A stretch of DNA of 64,000 bases from a virus. Positions 47,326 to 56,380 of this stretch are shown one piece after another. Location of the stretch: IMG/VR virus record IMGVR_UViG_3300024999_000040, positions 32,001 through 96,000 of that record. One strand, given 5' to 3'. A model generated the notes under the pieces. The model saw nothing but the letters and a program-made list of their open reading frames with translations. It had not been told where the DNA came from and did no database searches. Both the position numbers and the translations under genes were made by a program. Position 1 is the first letter of the stretch; the number at the start of each line of letters is the position of its first letter.

Positions 47326-47766
47326 CTATTTAAGTTTAAAGTTAAAACTTCCACTTATTATATGTATACAATCGCATTTTCTTTTGTATTTAAATAATAC
47401 ATAAACATCACAATCGTTTGTTGGAATGGCAAACTTTTTCCCTATTGGTCTTATAGTATGTAGTGTTCCATCAGATGTTTGCACCTCAATATCTCCAATA
47501 ATTTCTTTATCGTGTGGTAATTCTCCAATACCTTTATTTAATGGAATTGTCATTTGATGAAAAAGTTCAACCTTTTTATTTTCTTCTATAAGCATCCAAT
47601 TATTAATACATAGTATACAATTAGTCATATTTAAAAATACCGGTTCTTTATCATTATCCCATACAATACTTCCATTAATGCATTTGACTTTTAAAGTCGA
47701 ATCTTCAATAACTGCTTTTAAGTTTGGATTTTTTCTTAATTCAATTATCATTTCTAAAGTATTCAT
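47326..47766 (-). CDS. Hypothetical protein
   Basis: ORF with AGGAG RBS. Confidence 0.6.
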   Translation of the reverse strand: MNTLEMIIELRKNPNLKAVIEDSTLKVKCINGSIVWDNDKEPVFLNMTNCILCINNWMLIEENKKVELFHQMTIPLNKGIGELPHDKEIIGDIEVQTSDGTLHTIRPIGKKFAIPTNDCDVYVLFKYKRKCDCIHIISGSFNFKLK

Positions 47767-47808
47767 ACTATTATTATACTCCTTTAGTTAAAAATATTCA
47801 ATACCTAT

Positions 47809-48216
47809 TTATACAAACATAGCCAACACCAACAGCACCATCTCATGTAATCTATGATCTATTCCTATATGCATAAATCCAAATGTCTGATAATCGTTTA
47901 TCTGTTCCCAACTCATACCTTTGAATCTCATAATCCATTTAACAGGGATTCTAGTGTCTATAAGTAAATGTGATATAAACAACACATCCCATATGAATGA
48001 AAATTGCTGATAGTTAAAATCAAATATAAACAGTAGGGCAGTTGAAGTTAATGCCGAATAAATAAAACTATGGCTCACTACTGCTATAGTAGCCTTTAAA
48101 CAATTATCCATAGTCCATTTACTTTTATTAACTGCTTGCCAGTTCCATTGAAATATCCAATCAACGAATAGGCTTATGAAATATGCTACTACTAGGAATT
48201 CTATATTTATATTCAT
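47809..48216 (-). CDS. DUF3307-like membrane protein
   Basis: DWIFQ..WQA.NKS, H..IY, SH..ID and DHRLH. Confidence 0.75.
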   Translation of the reverse strand: MNINIEFLVVAYFISLFVDWIFQWNWQAVNKSKWTMDNCLKATIAVVSHSFIYSALTSTALLFIFDFNYQQFSFIWDVLFISHLLIDTRIPVKWIMRFKGMSWEQINDYQTFGFMHIGIDHRLHEMVLLVLAMFV

Positions 48217-48525
48217 TTAGTTTAACCTCACTTACTTTTATAATTATCTTTCTTTCCACCATCATAAATCCTTTTGCAACCAACACAATTAGATACTGCC
48301 TTTGATCTTAAATCAACATCTTCATATTTACAACCTTTACAAGTTAATTTTCCCATTTAGTTTAATCTCCAAATTTTTTCCCATAATTTAATACAATGAT
48401 ATTGAAAATTATACCATATCCATTTCCATTTAGGTGTAGGTTTACCTATATTATCAAGAATCTCATTAACTGGTTTTAATATTATTTTGTCAGTCATTTT
48501 TTATTTTCCCCTCAGGCAATAAAAT

Positions 48526-48771
48526 TCAAATTTCATTCGCTTGTAATATTTCAATTATTTTATCTGAATCATATTGTTTTCTTAAAGTATTTTTCGCAAT
48601 ATCAGACATAATCCCCATAGTACTTACCGCTATAATTAAATCTCTATCATTATTTTTATATTTGTCACATATTGCTATCATCTGAGTTTTAATAGACTCA
48701 AATATTTCATCTACATGATCATCTTGTGCTTCATATTTTTTATTTGGTTTATCATCAAATGTTACTATCAT
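48526..48771 (-). CDS. Hypothetical protein
   Basis: ORF with RBS. Confidence 0.55.
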   Translation of the reverse strand: MIVTFDDKPNKKYEAQDDHVDEIFESIKTQMIAICDKYKNNDRDLIIAVSTMGIMSDIAKNTLRKQYDSDKIIEILQANEI

Positions 48772-48975
48772 ATATTTTCCTTTCTTAGACCTTTAATCTT
48801 TTCTCCACAACTACTACAAAATTTATCCATAGGGCTTAAGCCACCACATTTACATTTATTACAATAATATAATGTTGAAAGTTTTCCATCTGATGGAGGG
48901 AAAATAATAATTTCTTTATATAATATCTCTGCCATACTTATTGTTCCTTTCTAGGCAATAAAATTGCCAGTTCAA

Positions 48976-49173
48976 TCATTTATTTCTATACATCTTTTGT
49001 AAAAGACCATCCTCAAACTCATATTCAAATAATTTGCAATCTTCACAGAAATAATAGGCTTCATCACCTTCGCTAAATCCAGCACAATTATATCCACCAA
49101 ATGAACCTTTCCTATATTCTATATTGTTGTGATTGCAATTTTTCTGTTTAATTAATTTATCTATACTATACAT
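48976..49173 (-). CDS. Small zinc-binding hypothetical protein
   Basis: AGGAG RBS before MYSIDK, CNH and CEDC. Confidence 0.55.
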   Translation of the reverse strand: MYSIDKLIKQKNCNHNNIEYRKGSFGGYNCAGFSEGDEAYYFCEDCKLFEYEFEDGLLQKMYRNK

Positions 49174-49288
49174 ATGGATTCTCCTTTCAAATGGCCACCT
49201 CAAGACTTTTATTACAAACATATTACAATACTTCATTTGAGGTACTTTTATTACAGAAATATTACAAAGCGTTATTATATGTACTTTA

Positions 49289-49612
49289 TTACCTTTCACT
49301 CAAGTCTTTAAACATTTCTTTACAATAACAATTATCACACAAACAATAATCTTTCATTTCAACATGTCTATATTTCTTAGGCTGCGGATAAAATATACCA
49401 GTATGTCTATATTTTAAACCGCACTCTATACAATTTTTGTATTCTATTTTTCTAGCACTATATGTAGGATCAAATTCAACCTGCACTTCAAATTCTTCTT
49501 CACATTACTGACAAGTCCAATCTAAAGTATTATCTGAAGATAATCCATCACATAGAGCATCGGTCATATCATTCTCATATTCACAATAAGGACATTCTAC
49601 TGTATTGTACAT
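49289..49612 (-). pseudogene. Double zinc-ribbon gene interrupted by an in-frame TAA
   Basis: MYNTVECPYCEYEN...WTCQ*CEEEFEVQVEF...CIECG...LCDNC. TAA at 49505-07 splits a CxxC. Confidence 0.7.
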
Positions 49613-49630
49613 TGTTTTTATATCTCTCCT

Positions 49631-49924
49631 TTACATTGTTTGATTATACAAACTTTCCATTGCTTTTAGAACACTTTCGTATCCATAGAAATTATCTTCT
49701 ATTGGAAACAATACTCTACTAAATACTGAACTAAGATGTTTACATGTAAGAAGTATATACTGATCACTTTTATTATCCCTGATATTTCTATCGAATAAAA
49801 GGCTTATAAAAAATATAGGCTTACATTCATCGGTTAACCAGTGTTTTTCAGTTAATTCATTTACTTCATTTCTTAAAGAATCTATAATACTATTTCCCCA
49901 TGTTCTATCTTCATATGTGATCAT
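49631..49924 (-). CDS. Hypothetical protein
   Basis: ORF in a co-oriented cluster. Confidence 0.55.
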   Translation of the reverse strand: MITYEDRTWGNSIIDSLRNEVNELTEKHWLTDECKPIFFISLLFDRNIRDNKSDQYILLTCKHLSSVFSRVLFPIEDNFYGYESVLKAMESLYNQTM

Positions 49925-49926
49925 AA

Positions 49927-50226
49927 TTATTCATCCCATCCATCCAAATTACCATTCCAATTTTGATACTCTTCAAAATATGAAAACTTATTTACTGAAA
50001 TTTGCTTATTATATTCATCAATAGCTGATTTTGCCTTTAATATTATACTTTCTTTATTATAATACATATCTGTCCATGAATAATTATATGGAGCAATATT
50101 TTTACCGTTTACCTGAAAAATATTAATATTATGATGAGTCTTACCGTTTATACCTCTTTCAGTTGCAAAATTATAATCTATTGCATATGTATTGTTTTTG
50201 TAGGTTATAGTTTTCTTTAAGTCCAT
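49927..50226 (-). CDS. Hypothetical protein
   Basis: ORF with GGTGGAG RBS. Confidence 0.55.
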   Translation of the reverse strand: MDLKKTITYKNNTYAIDYNFATERGINGKTHHNINIFQVNGKNIAPYNYSWTDMYYNKESIILKAKSAIDEYNKQISVNKFSYFEEYQNWNGNLDGWDE

Positions 50227-50627
50227 TTATATCTCCACCTTTCTTTATCCAATAAAACTGCAATTTCATCGACTTTGTTTTATTTTTAATTCAAGTTCTC
50301 TTTTTGAGTGCCATAACATATGACTATATGCAAAATACGTTCCTGGTTTATTTAAAATTGCAGTAAATAAAAATGTTAAGCCATCAATAATTTGCAATAG
50401 TCCATTGATAAAATAATAAATCCTTCTCTTCATAATTTATCTCCAAAAGTCTATCAAATTAAGATTTTAAGTTATAAACGTCAATATTATAACCTTCAGA
50501 TAATGTTCTTTCAATGTTATCCATTTGTAATCTGACACGATTATATGATTTAAATGATTCATGTTTGTTAAGTAATTTATTTGCTGTTTTATTTAATTGT
50601 TTCCATGATTCAATTAATTCTTTTGAC

Positions 50628-51056
50628 TTATCCATTCTTTAGTTCCTCTCTCACTCTCATCAATATCTTACCTAACTTATTCTGACCTCTACCACTACAT
50701 ACACCCCAATAAGTATCATTCCAGCTATTACCTTCAATTAATTCGGCATCACCTGTATTAATGAGCATTTGCTTTAAATACTTAATATTGAATTTAGCCT
50801 TAACAACGTTATACATAACGTCATCTTTTATTTGTTCCCAATCTTGTCTTAGTTGTACTTTTCTACCTAACTTCTTAGCATCTGAAGCACTAAGATTACA
50901 AAATTGTTTTCTATTGTTTTTATCTATTATTTTTACAGATTGAAATGCGGCTTCAGCATTATTGTAAAACAATCCATCATATTCAATTTGATATGATATA
51001 TCTTCATAAAAATTACTTAAAAAATAATATTGTCCTCTGAATTCATTTATTAGCAT
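50628..51056 (-). CDS. NADAR (YbiA-like) family protein
   Basis: FLSNFY, AEAAFQ, AKKLGR, DWEQIK..VM, LIEGNSWNDTYWG and GQNKLGKILM.VR. Confidence 0.92.
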   Translation of the reverse strand: MLINEFRGQYYFLSNFYEDISYQIEYDGLFYNNAEAAFQSVKIIDKNNRKQFCNLSASDAKKLGRKVQLRQDWEQIKDDVMYNVVKAKFNIKYLKQMLINTGDAELIEGNSWNDTYWGVCSGRGQNKLGKILMRVREELKNG

Positions 51057-51093
51057 TTTTATATCTCCTTAATTTCACAATGAAATAAATCTT

Positions 51094-51495
51094 TTATTTA
51101 CTCTTTTCAATATTTTCATTTTTATTTCTATCATCACATTCGTTTTGAGCTTCTTCTAATGTTTTAAAACAATCCTTTTCATAAAAATAATTTCCAGAAT
51201 TACCCCAAGGGAAATAAGCAATTTTAGTTTCCTTTTTAGTAACTTCAATATCTATTCTATGAATTTTGTTAAAACTAGTATATTTATTCTCCGCAATTCT
51301 CCAGCATTGAGGTTCTATTATTGTCCTAGTTCCAGAACCATAACATTCAGGGCAAATAAACTTCTTTTCTGATATATTAATTTCACATTCACCTTTGCAA
51401 ACATCACAAGTAACTGTTTTCTCTTCGGTATTTTGCCATATTATAAATATATATTCTCCTATTGACAACTTTGTATTAATATCCATAATTAACAA
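51094..51495 (-). CDS. DnaJ-type zinc finger protein (paralog of 44113..44505)
   Basis: CDVCKG, CPECYGSG and F.TLEEAQ.ECD.RN. Confidence 0.65.
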   Translation of the reverse strand: MLIMDINTKLSIGEYIFIIWQNTEEKTVTCDVCKGECEINISEKKFICPECYGSGTRTIIEPQCWRIAENKYTSFNKIHRIDIEVTKKETKIAYFPWGNSGNYFYEKDCFKTLEEAQNECDDRNKNENIEKSK

Positions 51496-51519
51496 TCTCC
51501 TTCCAAATCGGACATTCGT

Positions 51520-51726
51520 TTAGTTTATTCCATCAATCCTTTTACGCCAACAATTCAAACACAAATCTTCTTCTTTAACAATCGGTTCAGATGTTGTAAT
51601 CATGTCTCTAAAATTAAGTATGATTTTTCCGCATCCATCACAGATTTCTTCCCATGACCACCACTGACTTACATCTGGAATATTAGAATCTGGATTATAT
51701 TTTACTTTCTGAATATTGTTTTTCAT
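51520..51726 (-). CDS. Small zinc-finger protein
   Basis: CDGCGK and DLCLNC. Confidence 0.55.
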   Translation of the reverse strand: MKNNIQKVKYNPDSNIPDVSQWWSWEEICDGCGKIILNFRDMITTSEPIVKEEDLCLNCWRKRIDGIN

Positions 51727-51761
51727 ATTAACCTCTCAACAAAACAAACTTTATTATGTTT

Positions 51762-52238
51762 TTATTTTATTTCAAAATCTCTTTTAATAAACTCTTTATA
51801 TTCATCATAAGTAAAAGCCTTGCTACCATCCCAAGCATGTATCAAATCAGTTCTCATTTGATACATAGTACCTTGACCTTGAGCAGTTCTTATGAGAATG
51901 TTTAATCCTTTGAAAACCAAGCAACAATTTTCTTCTTCAAAATAAGAACTTTCTATATTACTAATCATTGCTTTATTTGCATAGTCAATCATATTTGAAC
52001 ACAACTTACAAAAGTTTAATTCTGAAAACTCATATTTTTCTGTATTATATAATATATCTTCATTATCAATATAATCTTCTTTATTGAGTAAATGTTGATA
52101 TACTAAATCCATAATATTATCTTGTTTTTCCATTATAAATTTCTCATTCTGTAATTCTTGTTCAATCATATCTTGAATACAACCATCAATAAATTCTTGT
52201 TTCTCTTCTTCGGTTTTAAATAAATCTGTAAAGTTCAT
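51762..52238 (-). CDS. Hypothetical protein
   Basis: AGGAAGGA RBS before MNFTDLF, GQG motif. Confidence 0.6.
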   Translation of the reverse strand: MNFTDLFKTEEEKQEFIDGCIQDMIEQELQNEKFIMEKQDNIMDLVYQHLLNKEDYIDNEDILYNTEKYEFSELNFCKLCSNMIDYANKAMISNIESSYFEEENCCLVFKGLNILIRTAQGQGTMYQMRTDLIHAWDGSKAFTYDEYKEFIKRDFEIK

Positions 52239-52284
52239 AATTATTTCCTTCCTTAAAGGCAACGAAAACTGTCTTTTATTGGGT

Positions 52285-52476
52285 TTATATAAACGATCTC
52301 CAATGTTTTTCGTCTTCACTTTGTTTAATGCTTTGCCTTAATCTAGATATTAATTTTAATTGCTGTAAATCTGATAACATATCAAATGCTTGCCAAAACA
52401 ATGTTTCAATATGAATTTTATTATTGTCTTTATATATAAGTTCTATAACTTTATCTTTATTTGTCATATGCTCCAA
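52285..52476 (-). CDS. Hypothetical protein
   Basis: ORF downstream of its own promoter. Confidence 0.5.
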   Translation of the reverse strand: MEHMTNKDKVIELIYKDNNKIHIETLFWQAFDMLSDLQQLKLISRLRQSIKQSEDEKHWRSFI

Positions 52477-52557
52477 TTACCTTCCACTCTTTTGCTATAT
52501 TAACATTATAACATGGAGTGGAAGGTTAAGTCAAGAGTATTACTATATTTATTTAGT

Positions 52558-53082
52558 TTATTTAAGTTGATTTCTTAGATGATAATAAAACGTACAAAAA
52601 ATAAATTTTGCAGTATATTCTTTATTCAAAAATATAAAATTCAAGCCATACCTATCTGTCATTGAATGTAAGGTACCTATTGCAGATTTAGAAGCATATT
52701 TACTTTGATATTTTCCTTCATACATGTCATCATAAGTAGAATCTTCTATTATCAAATACATTTTACCCTTATGCCTAAGAAATTCAGATTCTAGTCTATC
52801 CCTTTCTACGAAGTTTTCTATTATTTCGTCAAGACATCCCTTACGTTCTATGGAAATTTGATTATTAAAATAAGTATCTCTAATTATACCTAATTCTGGA
52901 TTTTTAGGAATATAAAAACTATAATCTCCCCAATCAAGTTTCTTGCTAACATAAGAGATTTTCTTTTTATCAAACCATTCTGTAATATGGGAACATTGTT
53001 GTTCCCTACTGTCACATATAATTGTCATAGAAGATAATATTTTCTTCAGTTCAGCTTCAGTATATTTGAAATTTTCAATCAT
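52558..53082 (-). CDS. ERCC4-domain nuclease (putative resolvase)
   Basis: ICDSREQ, KLDWGDYS and SIERKG..DE. Confidence 0.85.
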   Translation of the reverse strand: MIENFKYTEAELKKILSSMTIICDSREQQCSHITEWFDKKKISYVSKKLDWGDYSFYIPKNPELGIIRDTYFNNQISIERKGCLDEIIENFVERDRLESEFLRHKGKMYLIIEDSTYDDMYEGKYQSKYASKSAIGTLHSMTDRYGLNFIFLNKEYTAKFIFCTFYYHLRNQLK

Positions 53083-56000
53083 TTGCTTTCTCCATTCTGA
53101 AATTTGTAAGTGATATTACTATATTTTGGTATCCAATATTCAACAGTTCCATCTACTTCTCTATATATTTTCTTTCCTGTATCTGGATTAATTTCTCCTG
53201 TTGGTTCTTTTTGTGGCTTTTCATCAATAACTTTAACAAACAAAAAATCTCCTTGATCAAATGGTTGTTTATTATATTGATTTGTCCACATTTTTGTTTC
53301 TATTGTTTCACCATATTTAATTCTATACAAGATTACTTTAGTTATTGATTTTAGTACTTCCAACTCCGAAATATAATAAATATCATATGAATATTGATTA
53401 TCACTAAAAGTAATGATTCCTAGAATTTCCTTCTGATTGTCTATTATCTCTTTTGTGGTTAAAGGAATATTTTCTATATTACTTATAATATCCTGTAACA
53501 AATCTTTATTTCTAAGTTTAGTAACTTTTTTTGCAGTTTCATTTCCATAACCCAAAACAAAATCTAGCTTTATTCCATATTCTTCTATTTTGGCTTTAGA
53601 AATTTCTTTTGATTCTCCAAAAATATCATTCCATTTTATAATTTGTAAAAGATAATTAACACCACCAAATTGTTTAAAATAATTTAACTTAACAAGTTTT
53701 TCAATAACAGTTTTATTAATTCCAACTCCTTTTAAAGAATCAAGGAATTCTATAAAATTATTATATTTACTTTGTCCAAGTTCAAATAATGTTTGCGATA
53801 CCTTTTCACCAAATCCTTTTATACTAGACATATTCGGATAGATAACTTTATTTTGTTCATCAATATTTACTCTTCTATTATCTATACCAAATTCATAATC
53901 CCCAAGTCTATATCCATAAAAAGTTAAAGCTTCTTTTACAAGTGCATCAATTTTCTTTTTATTCTCTTTATCTTGATAGTGGTTAATTGCTACTTCATAA
54001 AATTTTGTTGTATGATGTGCTTTAAACCACGCTTGATATGCACTATCACCTCCCATTGATAAAGCATGTGGAGCATTAAATGCATACCTTGCTGAGTCCT
54101 CGATAACATCCCAAATATTATCAAAATTATCAAGATTATTAAATATCTTAATCCAATTTTCTTTTAATGTACTTTTTAATTTATCTAACTTCTCTCCTTT
54201 AAGTTTCTTTTTAGATATCGCTTTTAAAACACCATATGCCTCACCCATAGGTAAACCAAGAAAAGATAATAACTTCATTATAGATTCTTGATATAACATA
54301 AAGTGATAACTATCAGTAAGTAAATCATCTATAATTTTTTCTCCGGTTGTATAGTTTTCTCTTGCTAAAAATGTTCCTAATAGCGATTTAAATCCTGGTC
54401 GTATACCAGCTATAAAAGCACTAGATTCAGCTAAAGTTTTTGCTTTATATTGTTTTGCTTTCTTCGTTGTTGATTCTTTTTCAACTTGATTAACACAACA
54501 AGTTATTCCTTTTTCATATATCTCCCATGTTGCTTCATCGTTTTGAATCATTTCTCTTAATTCATCAAAAGTAGGTACTTCTTTCCCAATACTTTGAAAA
54601 AACTTATGAGTTAAATGAACACTATCAACTATAAGATAATCATTTTTTACATAGCCAAATTCATCAAGATAATTACCTTCTATACAAGCACATAGAGTAC
54701 GTTTTCCTGTAGTCTCTGATACTGCATTGATTAATCCTATCTTGCGTCTTATATCTCCTTCTAGCAACAAATAACCGCATGGATGAGCCTTTAGATTTAT
54801 TGTAATTCCTTGATATTCTAAACTGCCTTTATAAATTTCAAGATATTCTTCTGGAATAAAGTCTTCAATATGTATGAATTCTTTATCTTCTTCATCAGCA
54901 TATTTTAATTTATCGTTATACTTATCAATAAACTTAGATATTTCATTTGCAACTTCTGGTTCAACATCATTTGCTCCTGCGAATAATTGCCATGCTGCCT
55001 TTTCTTTAAGTTTTTCAATTGCCATCAAAGGATAACAACTATGATATCCAATTAGTTCTCTTGTTGCTTCTACAAAAGGTTCTTGTACGGCAACATTATA
55101 ATCTATATCTGGCATTTGTCCACTTAATACCCTATCTTTTGTTAAAAATCTTTCAGGATATATAGGAATTTCACAATTAAATCTATCTATTGTAGTAAAT
55201 CCCAATAATTTATTTGTTATAAATGATGCAGCACTACCTCTTGATGTGGTAGTTAAAATTCCACCTTTTTCATTAACTGCTTTAGATATTATATGATAAT
55301 TAGTTAATGGATAATCTACTACTCCACTATCCACATATTCTCCTACTTCATATCTTATACCTGCAACTTTTTCAGGTGTTTTTAACTTTTCATGTTTATA
55401 ACTATCATTTATAATTTTCTTAAATATTTTAGTTCTTTCTTCATATGTAGTATTTGGATAAACACAAGGTATTTTGAAACTCTGATCAAAAACTGTTTCT
55501 TCACATTCATTAATAAATACATTTGTATTCATCATTGATGTTAGAATTTCTTCATTATTTAAAACACCTTGCCTTTTAAACCTTTCGAATATTTCTTTAT
55601 TATTAGGATAATCAAGATACCATCCTTCTTCATCTTCATAGGTGATGCCTTTGTATTTTAATATCTGATCACGTTTAATTGTATTTTCAGGTTTAACATA
55701 ATGGCTATCTAATCCGCATATAATTTGTATTCCGTATTTCTTAGATATTTCTAATATTTTTTCATTGAGAAATTTTTGGCTTGGAGTATTATGATTTTGT
55801 ACTTCTAAAAAGAAATTATCTCCAAAATGTTCATGAACTTTTAACCATATATCTTCTGCATCTTCATATTTCCACCCTGTAACACATGCGGAGGTTATTA
55901 TCATATTATCTTTAGGAATATTAAATAACAATTCTAAATCAATTCTAGGTTTATAATAATAACCATCTTCGTTCGCAATAGAAAGAGCAAAATTCAAGTC

Positions 56001-56369
56001 TTCACGCCCTATCTCATTCTTTGCAACTAAAACTATATGACAATTAGTTCTATCTTTTTCTATTCTATTTTTAACCCAATATGCTTCAGCAGAATGTCTA
56101 TACTTTAATTCATATTTTTTAGCAATTTTATATGCTTCAAACTGGTTTCCTTGGTTTCCATGTTCCCCACTAAATAAACATCTTCCTTTATATTCAATAG
56201 TTTTTTCTGCATAATTTTCTATTGGTTCTGCACAATCAGGAGTAGAAACATTTGAATGATAAGTATGCTTATGATAGTTCTCACAATATAAATTTTCTAA
56301 ATAATCATCTACATTATAAGGAAATTTAAATGATAAAGAAGGTATTATTTTTTCAATTAGTTCTCTCAT
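53079..56369 (-). CDS. dnaE: DNA polymerase III alpha subunit (phage DnaE)
   Basis: PHP domain YHKHTYHSN, RGSAAS, ERFL...PDID, YQESIM and YAFN..HA. Confidence 0.93.
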   Translation of the reverse strand: MRELIEKIIPSLSFKFPYNVDDYLENLYCENYHKHTYHSNVSTPDCAEPIENYAEKTIEYKGRCLFSGEHGNQGNQFEAYKIAKKYELKYRHSAEAYWVKNRIEKDRTNCHIVLVAKNEIGREDLNFALSIANEDGYYYKPRIDLELLFNIPKDNMIITSACVTGWKYEDAEDIWLKVHEHFGDNFFLEVQNHNTPSQKFLNEKILEISKKYGIQIICGLDSHYVKPENTIKRDQILKYKGITYEDEEGWYLDYPNNKEIFERFKRQGVLNNEEILTSMMNTNVFINECEETVFDQSFKIPCVYPNTTYEERTKIFKKIINDSYKHEKLKTPEKVAGIRYEVGEYVDSGVVDYPLTNYHIISKAVNEKGGILTTTSRGSAASFITNKLLGFTTIDRFNCEIPIYPERFLTKDRVLSGQMPDIDYNVAVQEPFVEATRELIGYHSCYPLMAIEKLKEKAAWQLFAGANDVEPEVANEISKFIDKYNDKLKYADEEDKEFIHIEDFIPEEYLEIYKGSLEYQGITINLKAHPCGYLLLEGDIRRKIGLINAVSETTGKRTLCACIEGNYLDEFGYVKNDYLIVDSVHLTHKFFQSIGKEVPTFDELREMIQNDEATWEIYEKGITCCVNQVEKESTTKKAKQYKAKTLAESSAFIAGIRPGFKSLLGTFLARENYTTGEKIIDDLLTDSYHFMLYQESIMKLLSFLGLPMGEAYGVLKAISKKKLKGEKLDKLKSTLKENWIKIFNNLDNFDNIWDVIEDSARYAFNAPHALSMGGDSAYQAWFKAHHTTKFYEVAINHYQDKENKKKIDALVKEALTFYGYRLGDYEFGIDNRRVNIDEQNKVIYPNMSSIKGFGEKVSQTLFELGQSKYNNFIEFLDSLKGVGINKTVIEKLVKLNYFKQFGGVNYLLQIIKWNDIFGESKEISKAKIEEYGIKLDFVLGYGNETAKKVTKLRNKDLLQDIISNIENIPLTTKEIIDNQKEILGIITFSDNQYSYDIYYISELEVLKSITKVILYRIKYGETIETKMWTNQYNKQPFDQGDFLFVKVIDEKPQKEPTGEINPDTGKKIYREVDGTVEYWIPKYSNITYKFQNGESK

Positions 56370-56380
56370 ATTATATTCCT

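Larger units (their letters stand above)
7654..52283. repeat. Dispersed palindromic junction motif (CCCA)ATAAAA-N6-TTTTAT(TGGG), about 20 copies
   Basis: Copies, several degenerate, at 7654, 12391, 14323, 18531, 18566, 22815, 25474, 25940, 33942, 36095, 36405, 39525, 44099, 45583, 46561, 47305, 48519, 48958, 50252, 50453, 51080, 51502 and 52262. Confidence 0.75.

Noticed and set aside
49505-49507. Genome-wide stop-codon reassignment
   Set aside because: This is a single case. All conserved genes are full length under the standard code and use TAA, TAG and TGA as stops.
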